The notes below the pieces were generated by a model. The model worked only from the letters and a program-made list of their open reading frames with translations. It was not told the DNA's origin and did not search any database. This document shows positions 1 through 9,907 of a DNA stretch of 64,000 nucleotides, piece after piece (position 1 is the first letter of the stretch; every line of letters starts with the position of its first letter). A program made the position numbers and the translations under genes. The stretch is from Acetobacteraceae bacterium. GTDB taxonomy: Bacteria > Pseudomonadota > Alphaproteobacteria > Acetobacterales > Acetobacteraceae. The stretch lies in NCBI GenBank assembly GCA_965199155.1, contig CBDAQJ010000002.1, forward strand, positions 158,171 to 222,170, in the 5' to 3' direction.

Positions 1-814
1 ACCCGCTGACAAGCGGCTTTGCCTCTTGCCCGTAGGTGAGGGCCGCAAGACGAAGCAAAGGATCGTGCGGAGCGCCCATAGTGAGCATAGCGCGCAACCG
101 ATCCGGCTCGGCGTCCGCCGGCAGGAGCACCTCGAGCACGCCAAGCTCCGCCATGAGGTCGACGGCTGCGCCAGGAGCCTCGGAGGCGAGCAGGCGCTTG
201 AGCTCGCTCCACACCCGCTCGGGCGAGAGGCGGGCGAGCAGCGGCGCGTGCTCCCGGATCGCCGCCAGCGCCTCGGGGTCGGGCTCGCCATGGCCGTAGC
301 GCGCGAAGAAGCGAAAGAAGCGGAGGATGCGGAGATGGTCCTCGCGGATCCGGGTCGCCGCCTCGCCCACGAAGCGGACGCGGCCGGCGCGGAGGTCGGC
401 CGCGCCGCCGAAGAAATCGTGCAGGCCGCCCGCGCGGTCGAGCGACATGGCGTTGAACGTGAAGTCGCGGCGGGCGGCGTCGCAGCGCCAGTCCGCGGTC
501 CATTCGGTCTCGGCGTGGCGGCCGTCGGTCGCGACATCGCGGCGGAGCGTGGTGATCTCGAACGGGCGGCCATCCACCACCGCGGTCACCGTGCCATGGG
601 CGAGGCCGGTGGGCACGGTGCGGATGCCGGCCGCTGCCAGCACGCGCTGCACGGTTTCGGGCGGATCGGGGGTCGCGAGGTCGAGATCGGCGAGTGGGCG
701 CGAGGCGAGCAGGTCGCGCACGGCGCCTCCCACCAGGCGCGCGGCCGGGAGTGCGTCCCAGAGGCGGCGCAGGCCAGCGTCTTCGCGCATGAGGTGCGCG
801 AGGTCATCACGCAT
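1..814 (-). CDS. cca: CCA-adding tRNA nucleotidyltransferase (class II nucleotidyltransferase), 3' end cut by window edge
   Basis: Absent from the ORF track because no stop lies in the window. My minus-strand translation from ATG 814 (alternative ATG 790) reads LVGGAVRDLLASRPLADLDLAT...GLAHGTVTAVVDGRPFEITTLRRDVATDGRHAE...RRDFTFNAMS...EDHLRILRFFRF with no stop down to nt 1. These are the head-domain motifs of CCA/poly(A) polymerase enzymes. Start codon uncertain. Confidence 0.8.
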   Translation of the reverse strand, partial: MRDDLAHLMREDAGLRRLWDALPAARLVGGAVRDLLASRPLADLDLATPDPPETVQRVLAAAGIRTVPTGLAHGTVTAVVDGRPFEITTLRRDVATDGRHAETEWTADWRCDAARRDFTFNAMSLDRAGGLHDFFGGAADLRAGRVRFVGEAATRIREDHLRILRFFRFFARYGHGEPDPEALAAIREHAPLLARLSPERVWSELKRLLASEAPGAAVDLMAELGVLEVLLPADAEPDRLRAMLTMGAPHDPLLRLAALTYGQEAKPLVSG

Positions 815-843
815 GAGGCGCGCAACATCGTCCTCCGCCGGCC

Positions 844-1461
844 TCAGTGCGGCACCTCGCGACGCAGCAGCTCGGCCAGCGACACCAGGATCGCGGCCGT
901 GGCCCCCCAGATCGCGTGGCCGGGATGGCGCCACACCCAGTATTCGTGCCAGGCGCCGCGGATCACCGCGCCGTGCCGCTCGACGGCGGTGGGATCGAAC
1001 AGCTCGCGCACGGGCAGGCTCAGGATCTCGGCCACCTCGGCGGGCGACGCGGCCCAGGTGGCGCGCGGGTCGACCAGCGCCACTACGGGCGTCACGTGGA
1101 AGCCGGTGCTCGTCTCGTGCGGCGGCAGGCGGCCCACCACGCGGCAGCGGCTGGGGGCCAGCGCGATCTCCTCCTCGGCCTCGCGGAGTGCCGCATGCTC
1201 GGGATCGGGATCGCCGGGATCGATCCGGCCGCCGGGGAAACTCACCTGGCCCGGATGGTGGCGCAGACGCATCGAGCGCTTGGTCAGCAGGATGAACGGC
1301 TCGGCGCCCAACACCACCGGCACCAGCACGCTCGCCTGGCGATGCGGCGGGGCCTCGGTCGCGGACGGGAGCAGCAGCGAGGCGCGGGTGTCGGACCGGA
1401 GGATGCCCGCGAGCCGGGCTTCCAGCCAGTCGGGTCCGATCAGCGTTCCGGTGTCCAACAT
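844..1461 (-). CDS. NUDIX hydrolase, CoA pyrophosphatase type
   Basis: C-terminal 205 codons of ORF 844..1971. Nudix box GGRIDPGDPDPEHAALREAEEEIAL. Internal ATG at 1461 chosen because the upstream part of the ORF is Arg/Ser/Ala-rich junk overlapping the next gene. Confidence 0.85.
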   Translation of the reverse strand: MLDTGTLIGPDWLEARLAGILRSDTRASLLLPSATEAPPHRQASVLVPVVLGAEPFILLTKRSMRLRHHPGQVSFPGGRIDPGDPDPEHAALREAEEEIALAPSRCRVVGRLPPHETSTGFHVTPVVALVDPRATWAASPAEVAEILSLPVRELFDPTAVERHGAVIRGAWHEYWVWRHPGHAIWGATAAILVSLAELLRREVPH

Positions 1462-1489
1462 GTCGCCGGCAGGGATGACGGGTCCCACA

Positions 1490-2068
1490 TCAGAGGCAAC
1501 CGGGCGCGAGCTCGCCCACCGGGAAGAACTGCCCGTGGCTCCAGACGCCGAAGCATTCCCGCCCGCGACAGGTTCCGGGTTCGGCCAGGGCGGCCAGCTC
1601 GTAGTAGACCGGGCGCGCGATGCGGGCCTCGAGCGGCTTGTCGCCGGCGCCCTCGCGGATGTGCAGGTAGGGGATCGGCGTGCAGTTCGAGCGGTCCTGG
1701 TCGATCCGCAGCGGATGCTCCGGGCCTGCCTCGACCACCTGGTCCACGTTGGTGCGGAAGGTGAGGATCTGGTTGCGGCCGCAGCCGCGCCATTCGAGCT
1801 CGACGGCGAGCCAGGGCGTGTCCTCGACGGCGATGCGGCCGCGCTCGGCCGGGGTCTCGAGCCAGTACTGGCCCTCCCCGTCGCGCTTGAGCACGCTCGA
1901 GAACAGGCAGACGAGCTCCTTGCGGCCGATCGGCGAGCCCCGGTAGAGCCAGGTGCCGTCGCGACGCACAAGGAATGGCAGGTCGCCGCACTCGACGACG
2001 CGCCGTGCTCCTGCGGACGGCCGCGCGACGTCGGCCTCGACGGACCCGCTTGCCGCCCCGGCAGGCAT
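1490..2068 (-). CDS. DUF1285 family protein
   Basis: ORF 1490..2158. PFLVRRDGTWLYRGSPIGRKELVCLFSSVLKRD resembles DUF1285. GAGGG lies 7 nt upstream of ATG 2068 (the longest ORF would start at 2158). I recall this as the usual alphaproteobacterial neighbour of NUDIX and MoxR genes. Confidence 0.7.
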   Translation of the reverse strand: MPAGAASGSVEADVARPSAGARRVVECGDLPFLVRRDGTWLYRGSPIGRKELVCLFSSVLKRDGEGQYWLETPAERGRIAVEDTPWLAVELEWRGCGRNQILTFRTNVDQVVEAGPEHPLRIDQDRSNCTPIPYLHIREGAGDKPLEARIARPVYYELAALAEPGTCRGRECFGVWSHGQFFPVGELAPGCL

Positions 2069-2226
2069 TCGGTTGCCCTCGATCACGTTGCCTCCCAGCC
2101 GCACGCCTCTGATCGAGAGTTGGGTGCCCACCTCCTGCGATGAAAGGTCTGGATACACGCTCCCGTGTTGCGTGTGGCCGACAGGACGATTGACCGGCGC
2201 CCCCGCTTCGTCGCACGCATGGCCGC

Positions 2227-3236
<1,010 letters not shown>

Positions 3237-3240
<4 letters not shown>

Positions 3241-4118
3241 GCGGTCGGCGCAACGATTGGGGGCAGCGCACGCACGCGGCGGCCGAGGCGGCGACCCATC
3301 TGCCGGCCCTGCTGGTCGAGGCCGAGCAGGTGGCCAACGCGGTCGCCGGCGGCGTGCATGGCCGCAGGCGCGCGGGCCAGGGCGACAGCTTCTGGGAATA
3401 CCGGCCGATGCGCGAGGGCGAGGCCGCCAGCCGCATCGACTGGCGGCGCTCGGCGCGGGGATCGCGCTCGTTCGTGCGCGAGACCGAGTGGGAGGCGGCG
3501 CAGACGGTCTGCCTGTGGCGCGCGGCGGATGCCGGGATGCGCTGGCGGAGTGCCGCGAAGCTCCCCACCAAGGAGGAGCGGGCGACGGTGCTGATGCTGG
3601 CGCTGGCGGCACTCCTGCTGAAGGGCGGCGAGCGGCCGCGCCTGGTGGAGGGCACTCTGGGCCTGTCGCCGGTAAGCTCGGGGCCCGATGCGCTGCACCG
3701 GATGGCGGCGCGGCTGGCGGAGGGCACGGGCGATGCGGCGTTCGCGGCGGCCGCATTGCCAGCCCATGGCCGCGCCGTGCTGTTCGGTGATTTTCTGGCG
3801 CCGGTCGCCGAGATCCGGGAAATCGTGGCGGCACTCGCGGCACGACCGGTGACGGCCACCCTGGTGATGGTGCTCGATCCGGCGGAGATCGCCTTTCCGT
3901 TCACCGGGCGGCTGCGGTTCCGGGCGCCGGCGGGCGGCCACGAGCTGCTGGCGCCGCGGGCGGAGACACTACGAGGAGCGTATCAGGCGCGGCTGGCGGC
4001 GCATCGCGCCGAGATCGAGCATCTGTGCGCACAGGCCGGCACCGGCGTGCTGATGCACGTGACCGATGCGCCGCCGCGCGCCGCCCTGGTGGCGCTCCAC
4101 CAGCTGATCACGGCCTGA
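3237..4118 (+). CDS. DUF58 domain protein (MoxR partner)
   Basis: ATG 3237 overlaps the moxR stop (ATGA). GDSFWEYRPMREGEAASRIDWRRSAR is the DUF58 core. It is the in-frame tail of ORF 1953..4118. Confidence 0.85.
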
Positions 4119-4121
4119 CCG

Positions 4122-6935
4122 GTGAGCTTCGCCACGCCCGCGCTGCTGGGACTTCTCGCACTGCTGCCGCTGCTGTGGTGGCTGCTGCGCGCCTCGCCGC
4201 CGCCGCCGCGGATGCAGGATTTCCCGGCGATCCGGCTGCTGGCCGACCTCCACGCGCCCGAGGAGACGCCCGCCCGCACGCCGCCCTGGGTGCTGGCGCT
4301 GCGGCTGCTGGCCGCCGCCCTGCTGATCGTGGGGCTGGCCGGGCCGGTGCTCGGGCGCCAGAGCGGAGCCGCCGCACGGGGGAACGGCGAGCCGGCGCTG
4401 CTGGTGGTCGACGATGGCTGGGCCGCAGCCCACGACTGGGACCGTCGGGTGGAGATTGCGGGGGCGATCCTGGCGGATGCGGCGCGCGACGGCCGCCAGG
4501 TTGTGGTGCTGCCGACCGCGCGCGCCGATGACGGGAGTGCGCCGGCGATGTCGGCGGCCGAGCCCGCGGACCTGGCCCGCGCCCGGCTGGCGGCACTCCG
4601 GCCGCTGCCCTGGGGCGTGGATCGGGCGGCCGCGGCACGCGCGCTGGCGGGAGCGCCGGCGGACGGTTTCGACGTGACGCTGCTCTCGGACGGGGTCGCG
4701 ACCGCCGATGACGCCGCGTTTCGCGCGGCGGTCCGGCGCGTGGCGCACGGGCCGGTGGTCGAGCTGCGCGACGACATCCCTGCCCGCCTGCTGCTGCTGC
4801 CCGCCAACGATGCGGACGGCATGACGATACGCCTCGCCCAGCCGGGTGGAACCGTGCATGCGGCGACCGCGCTGGCGCTGGACGACCGCGGCGGCGTGCT
4901 GGCGCGGGTGGTGCTCGAGCCTGCCGCCGACGGCACCGCGCGCGGGCGCGTCCGGCTGCCGCTGGAGCTGCGCAATACGCTGGCGCGAGTGACGATCTCC
5001 GGCCTGCCCACCGCGGCCAACACAAGGCTGCTCGACGAGAGCGACCGGCGCCGGCCGGTGGGGCTGCTGGCGAGCGATCCCGGAGCCGAGACGCCGCTCA
5101 CCGGGTCGCTGTTCTACATCGAGCGCGCGCTCGCCGCCGAGGCCGAGCTCCGGCACGGCACGCTGGCCGCACTGCTGGCGCGCCCGCTCTCGGTGCTGGT
5201 GGTGACCGACCGGACCATCACCGATGCCGCCACGGCGGCCACGCTGCGGCGCTGGGTCGAGGCGGGCGGCACGCTGGTGCGCTTCGCAGGACCCCATCTC
5301 GCGGGAGCGGCGGGAAGCGCCGACGACGGGCTGCTGCCGGTGGAGCTGATGCCGGGCACGCGCGCGCTCGGCGGGGCGATGTCGTGGACCCGGCCGCAGC
5401 ACCTCCTGCCCTTCCCGCCCGGCTCGCCGTTCGCGGGGCTCACTGTCCCGGGCGACGTCACGGTCACGCGCCAGGTGCTGGCGCGGCCGGCGCTCGACCT
5501 CGCGCGCCGCTCCTGGGTGATGCTGGCCGACGGCACGCCGCTGGTCACCGCCGAGCGGGTGGGAGGCGGTCGGATCGTGCTGTTCCACGTGACCGCGAAC
5601 GCGGACTGGTCGGACCTGCCGCTCTCGGGGCTGTTCGTGCAGATGCTTCAGCGGATCGTGCGGCTGGCGGCCGGGATCGCGGCCCCGGGCGACCAGACGT
5701 TGCTGGCGCCGGTCGAGACGCTCGACACCAACGGCGCGCTCACCGCACCCGGTCCGGCGGCTTTGGGCCTGGCGGCGGACCGGTTCGGCACGGTCGCCGC
5801 CTCGCCGCGCCATCCGCCCGGCATCTACGGACGCGGCGGCGAGCGGCGCTCGCTCAACGTCGCCGACGCCCTGCCGAAGCTTGGCCCCGAGGGGTCGGTC
5901 GGACGGATCGAGACGCTGACGCGCCGTCCGGCGACGATCCCGCTCGGGCCCTGGCTGGTGGCGGGCGCGGTGGCGCTGCTGGCCGCCGACGTGCTGGTGG
6001 CGCTGATGCTGCGAGGGCTGCTCGCGGCGCCCGCCGTGCTCGGGGCCTTGGTCGCGGCCGCGCTGCTCGGGGCGGCACCGCGCGCGCAGGCGGTGGAGCC
6101 GGGACCGCCGGGATCGCCGGGACCGCCGGGATCGCCGGAGGCGGTGCCGCCCGGCGCGCTGCAGACCGAGCTCGCCTACGTGGTGACGGGCGACGCGGAG
6201 GTCGACCGCATCTCGCAGGAGGGGCTCGCCTCGCTGTCGGACTACGTGAATGCGCGAACGGCGGCCACACTCGGTGAGCCGGCTGCTGTGCGGCCGGGGG
6301 CGGACGACCTCGCCTTCTATCCCTTCATCTACTGGCCGATCCTGCCCGGGGCGGAACTCGACGCGAAGACCACCGCGGCGCTGGATGGCTACATGCGCAA
6401 TGGCGGCATCGTGCTGATCGACACCGAGGGCGGCGACGCGGATGCGGCCGACGCGGGGTCGGGGGCCGGGTTCGCGCCGGGGTCGGCGGCGGCCCTCCGG
6501 CGGGTGGCGGGATCGCTCGACGTGCCGCCGCTCACCAGACTGACGACGAAGCACGTGCTCGCGCACAGTTTTTATCTGTTGCACGATTTTCCGGGGCGCT
6601 TCGCCGGGGCGCCCGTTTGGGTTGAGCAGGGTGCGGATCCCGGCAATGACGGGGTGAGCCCGGTGATCATCGGCTCGAACGCCTGGGCGGCGGCCTGGGC
6701 GCTCGGGCCGGACGGACAGCCGGCGCGCTCGGTGATCCCGGGCGGCGAGGGGCAGCGCACGATCGCCTACCGGTTCGGCGTGAACCTCGTGATGTACGCG
6801 CTGACCGGCAACTACAAGGCGGACCAGGTGCACATCCCTGCCCTGCTGCAACGGCTCGGGCATGACGACAACGCCGCCAGCGATGCGCGTGGCGAAGGCG
6901 GGGACGAGAACGACGCGCCGGCGGTGGGCAAGTGA
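4122..6935 (+). CDS. BatA-like N-terminal double-TM / DUF4159 C-terminal domain membrane protein
   Basis: GTG start 3 nt after the DUF58 stop. N-terminus MSFATPALLGLLALLPLLWWLLR..PPP.. matches the aerotolerance-regulator N-terminal domain. C-terminal FYPFIYWP...GGIVLIDTEGG...HSFYLL...NLVMYALTGNYKADQVH matches DUF4159. Confidence 0.8.
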   Translation: MSFATPALLGLLALLPLLWWLLRASPPPPRMQDFPAIRLLADLHAPEETPARTPPWVLALRLLAAALLIVGLAGPVLGRQSGAAARGNGEPALLVVDDGWAAAHDWDRRVEIAGAILADAARDGRQVVVLPTARADDGSAPAMSAAEPADLARARLAALRPLPWGVDRAAAARALAGAPADGFDVTLLSDGVATADDAAFRAAVRRVAHGPVVELRDDIPARLLLLPANDADGMTIRLAQPGGTVHAATALALDDRGGVLARVVLEPAADGTARGRVRLPLELRNTLARVTISGLPTAANTRLLDESDRRRPVGLLASDPGAETPLTGSLFYIERALAAEAELRHGTLAALLARPLSVLVVTDRTITDAATAATLRRWVEAGGTLVRFAGPHLAGAAGSADDGLLPVELMPGTRALGGAMSWTRPQHLLPFPPGSPFAGLTVPGDVTVTRQVLARPALDLARRSWVMLADGTPLVTAERVGGGRIVLFHVTANADWSDLPLSGLFVQMLQRIVRLAAGIAAPGDQTLLAPVETLDTNGALTAPGPAALGLAADRFGTVAASPRHPPGIYGRGGERRSLNVADALPKLGPEGSVGRIETLTRRPATIPLGPWLVAGAVALLAADVLVALMLRGLLAAPAVLGALVAAALLGAAPRAQAVEPGPPGSPGPPGSPEAVPPGALQTELAYVVTGDAEVDRISQEGLASLSDYVNARTAATLGEPAAVRPGADDLAFYPFIYWPILPGAELDAKTTAALDGYMRNGGIVLIDTEGGDADAADAGSGAGFAPGSAAALRRVAGSLDVPPLTRLTTKHVLAHSFYLLHDFPGRFAGAPVWVEQGADPGNDGVSPVIIGSNAWAAAWALGPDGQPARSVIPGGEGQRTIAYRFGVNLVMYALTGNYKADQVHIPALLQRLGHDDNAASDARGEGGDENDAPAVGK
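6098..6137 (+). repeat. 18-bp direct tandem repeat (2.2 units of CCGGGACCGCCGGGATCG) inside the BatA-like gene
   Basis: Read directly from the sequence. Encodes PGPPGS-PGPPGS in a linker before the DUF4159 domain. Confidence 0.9.
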
Positions 6936-9007
6936 TCCGGTTCGCGCCGCTGCTGCCGGTGCCCGTGCTGGCCGCCCTCGCGGTGGCCTGCGTGGCGGTG
7001 CTGGTGATCGCGGCCTGGCGGCGGGCGCGGGGCACGCCTGCGCGGGCGCTGTTCTTCGCGGCGGCCGCCCTGGTGCTCGCGGGGCCGACGATCGAGCACG
7101 AGGACCGGCGCTTCCTGCCCGACGTGGCACTCCTGCTGGTGGACCGCACGCCGTCGATGGGGATCCGCGACCGGGGCGTGATTGCGGCGCGCGCCGAGGC
7201 GGCGATCCTGGCGGAGGCGCGCGCGATGCCGGGCCTGGTGCTGCGCGAGGGCACGATCCGGCCGGGCGACGGCACGCGGCTGTTCGCGGCGGCCACCGAG
7301 GCGAGTGCGGACATCCCGCGCGGCCGGCTGGCCGGGATCATCGCGATTACCGACGGGCAGAACCACGACCTGCCGGATGGTGCGATGGCGGCTCCGCTGC
7401 ACGTGCTGATCCCGGCGGCGGGGGAAGAGATCGACCGGACGCTGCGCGTGGTGGAGGCGCCCCCCTACGGGATCGTGGGGCAGACGGCGCATGTGGTTGT
7501 GGTAGTCAACGATGGCGGGGCCGACGATCGCGGGACGCCGGTGACGCTCGAGGTCGCGGCGGGCGGTGCCGCGCCGCAGTCGATCGAGGCGAATGTGGGC
7601 GAGCGGGTCGACATTCCCGTGCCGATCACCGCCCCCGGGCCGTCGCTGCTGTCGATCTCGGCGGCCCCGCTCGCGGGCGAGGTGTCGGATGTGAACAACC
7701 ATGCGGTGGTGCGCATCAACGGCGTGCGCGACCGGCTGCACGTGCTGCTGGTGTCGGGGGAGCCCAACCAGAGCGAGCGGATCTGGCGGCGGCTGCTGAA
7801 AGCGGACCCGGCGGTGGACCTGGTGCACTTCACCATCCTGCGGCTGCCCGACAAGGACGACCTGACGCCGCTGAACGAGCTGGCGCTGATCGCCTTCCCG
7901 ACGCGGGAGCTGTTCTCGGAGAAGATCGAGGATTTCGACCTGATCATCCTCGACCGGTTCGAGGATCGAGGGATCCTGCCGCCGCAGTATCTGCAGAACA
8001 TCGCCGATTTCGTGCGGCGTGGCGGGGGCTTGCTGCTTACTGCCGGGCCCGAGTTCGCGGGCGTCGGCAGCCTGCAGGACACGCCGCTCGGCGACATCCT
8101 GCCGGCGCATGTGCCGCCCGAGGGGGGCGTGGAGGAGCAGGCGTTCCGGCCCACGCTGACGGCGGTCGGGCGGGCGCATCCGGTGACCGCCGACCTCGCC
8201 GGCGCGGGTGCAGCGGGGGGCGCGCCGAGCTGGGGGCGGTGGTATCGCGCGCTGGTGCCCGACGACACGAGTGGCGAAGTGCTGATGGACGGGCCGGACG
8301 GCCATCCGCTGCTGGTGCTCGACCACCGGCAGGACGGTCGGGTCGCGATGCTGATGTCGGACCAGTCCTGGCTGTGGTCGCGGGGCGAGGATGCCAGGGA
8401 CGGGAACGGGGGCGGTCCGCAGGCGGAGCTGCTGCGCCGCGTGGCGCACTGGCTGATGAAGGAGCCGGAACTCGAGGAGGAGCGGCTGACGGCCACCGTC
8501 GCCGACGGGAGGATGCAGATCGAGCGGCGCACGCTCGCACCCGAGGCGGCGGCGAGCGCGCGCGTCACCGCCCCGGATGGCGGCACGACGAGCGTGGCCC
8601 TCAAGGCGGACGGCCCGGGACGGCAGGCGGCGCAGGTCGCGGCCGCCGCGCCGGGGATCTGGCGGGTCGATGCCGGCGGAAAGTCGGCGTTCGCGGCGGC
8701 CGCCCTCGCCGATCCGCTCGAATGGGCGGATCTGCGGGCGACGGCCACGAAGCTTGCCCCAGTGATCCGCGCCAGCGGCGGCAGCGGGCACTTCCTGGGC
8801 GATGGCGGCGTGCCGGCGCTGCGCATGGTCGATCCGGGGAACGCGATGGCGGGGGGCGGGTGGATCGGGCTCCGGCGCAACCACGCCCATGTGGTCACCG
8901 GCGTCACCGAATGGCCGCTGGTGCCGCCGGGGGCGGCACTGCCGGTTCTGCTGCTGCTGGCGGCACTGGCCTGGTGGCGCGAGGGGCGCGGCGGTTCGCT
9001 TTTCTAG
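6932..9007 (+). CDS. Conserved membrane protein with a glutamine-amidotransferase-like (class I fold) central domain, last gene of the MoxR operon
   Basis: GTGA start/stop overlap with the upstream gene. N-terminal TM helices and a C-terminal TM (WPLVPPGAALPVLLLLAALAWW). The central LHVLLVSGEP...FDLIILDRF...GGGLLLTAGPEF block resembles a GATase1-like fold. Domain call is from memory, not from a search. Confidence 0.7.
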   Translation: MIRFAPLLPVPVLAALAVACVAVLVIAAWRRARGTPARALFFAAAALVLAGPTIEHEDRRFLPDVALLLVDRTPSMGIRDRGVIAARAEAAILAEARAMPGLVLREGTIRPGDGTRLFAAATEASADIPRGRLAGIIAITDGQNHDLPDGAMAAPLHVLIPAAGEEIDRTLRVVEAPPYGIVGQTAHVVVVVNDGGADDRGTPVTLEVAAGGAAPQSIEANVGERVDIPVPITAPGPSLLSISAAPLAGEVSDVNNHAVVRINGVRDRLHVLLVSGEPNQSERIWRRLLKADPAVDLVHFTILRLPDKDDLTPLNELALIAFPTRELFSEKIEDFDLIILDRFEDRGILPPQYLQNIADFVRRGGGLLLTAGPEFAGVGSLQDTPLGDILPAHVPPEGGVEEQAFRPTLTAVGRAHPVTADLAGAGAAGGAPSWGRWYRALVPDDTSGEVLMDGPDGHPLLVLDHRQDGRVAMLMSDQSWLWSRGEDARDGNGGGPQAELLRRVAHWLMKEPELEEERLTATVADGRMQIERRTLAPEAAASARVTAPDGGTTSVALKADGPGRQAAQVAAAAPGIWRVDAGGKSAFAAAALADPLEWADLRATATKLAPVIRASGGSGHFLGDGGVPALRMVDPGNAMAGGGWIGLRRNHAHVVTGVTEWPLVPPGAALPVLLLLAALAWWREGRGGSLF

Positions 9008-9032
9008 TCGCGGCCGCCGGCGTCTTTGCATT

Positions 9033-9674
9033 ATGACGACGCGCATGAACAAGACGCGCCTCCTTCTTCTCGCCCTCTGCACCGCCTCGGCGCTGAACCT
9101 GATGACCGCGCGGGCTCACGCCCAGCTCAGCGCGGGCAGTGGCGGCATCGGCGGCGGTCCTGGGGGGGGCGGCGGCGGTCCCGGGGGGGGCGGGGCTGCC
9201 CCGGAGGAGGAAGAGAAGAAGGCACCGCCCCCGCCATCGGCGATCCCGGGCGCGGTCGCCGGCACGGTGGTGCCCGCGTCGAAGAACGCGGCCGATCTCG
9301 ACCCCAACGCCGCCCTGTTCGATGCGATCGATCGCGGCGATATCGGCTCGGCCCGCGAGGCGCTGGGCCGGGGTGCCGACCTCAACGCGCGCAACGTTCT
9401 GGGCCAGCGGCCGATCGACCTGTCGATCGATCTGAGCCGCAACGACATCACCTTCCTGCTGCTGTCGATGCGCTCGCAGAACGGCGACCAGGCGCCGGCG
9501 GCCGATTCGTCGGGCAACGACACGGCGGAGGCCGACCTGCCGCCGTCGCGCAGCGCGCAGGTGGCGGCGACCACGCCCGTGGCCGCCCGCGGCGCGCAGT
9601 TCGCGAGCACGAGCCATGCGAGCGGCGGGACGCCGCAGCCTGGCGCGGGGTTTCTGGGGTTTGGGACGCGCTGA
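9033..9674 (+). CDS. Secreted ankyrin-repeat protein with a Gly-rich N-terminal region
   Basis: In-frame ATG within ORF 8802..9674. Signal peptide MTTRMNKTRLLLLALCTASALNLMTARAHA. ANK-like ALFDAIDRGDIGSAREALGRGADLNARNVLGQRPIDLSI. Confidence 0.7.
   Translation: MTTRMNKTRLLLLALCTASALNLMTARAHAQLSAGSGGIGGGPGGGGGGPGGGGAAPEEEEKKAPPPPSAIPGAVAGTVVPASKNAADLDPNAALFDAIDRGDIGSAREALGRGADLNARNVLGQRPIDLSIDLSRNDITFLLLSMRSQNGDQAPAADSSGNDTAEADLPPSRSAQVAATTPVAARGAQFASTSHASGGTPQPGAGFLGFGTR
9150..9191 (+). repeat. 21-bp tandem duplication, each unit ending in a G8 homopolymer (G8 at 9162-9169 and 9183-9190)
   Basis: GGCGGCGGTCCTGGGGGGGGC / GGCGGCGGTCCCGGGGGGGGC read directly. Lies inside the ankyrin-protein CDS and encodes GGGPGGG x2. 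Confidence 0.9.
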
Positions 9675-9800
9675 GAAGAAGGCCAGGGGCTCTGCCCCTG
9701 GACCGAGCTCAAGGGCAGTCGCCCTTAGAACCCATTCCTTAAGTCACGGGATCCAAGGGGTAAGCCCCTTGGCGGGTCCAGGGCAGAGCCCTGGCCTTCC
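9675..9800. repeat. Four-hairpin palindromic intergenic element, copy 1 (MITE/REP-like)
   Basis: GAAGAAGG-CCAGGGGCtctGCCCCTGG-...-AAGGGCagtcGCCCTT-...-CCAAGGGGtaagCCCCTTGG-cgggt-CCAGGGCagaGCCCTGG-CCTTCC. Starts 1 nt after the ankyrin TGA. Confidence 0.9.
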
Positions 9801-9907
9801 TTGCCGCTCACGCAGGTGTCACCTGCCGCCGCCCCGTTCGTTCAGATGTCGTTAACCATTAGCGCCGAGCTTGGGGTGATCGACCATGATCGAGAAGGAG
9901 CCGCAGG

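Noticed and set aside
26-2143. A 705-aa + strand ORF covering the first 2.1 kb, and nested ORFs 327..1295 and 847..1764.
   Set aside because: The sequence is Arg/Ala/Gly junk. The minus strand of the same region encodes three recognisable proteins (CCA enzyme, NUDIX, DUF1285) in series.
9616-9855. Short ORFs running through the repeat elements and sharing peptides such as KKARGSAPGP (also 11793..12068, 25742..26020, 62470..63117).
   Set aside because: The shared peptide is just the translation of the repeat terminus. The frames differ between copies, and the conserved features are base-paired stems, not codons.
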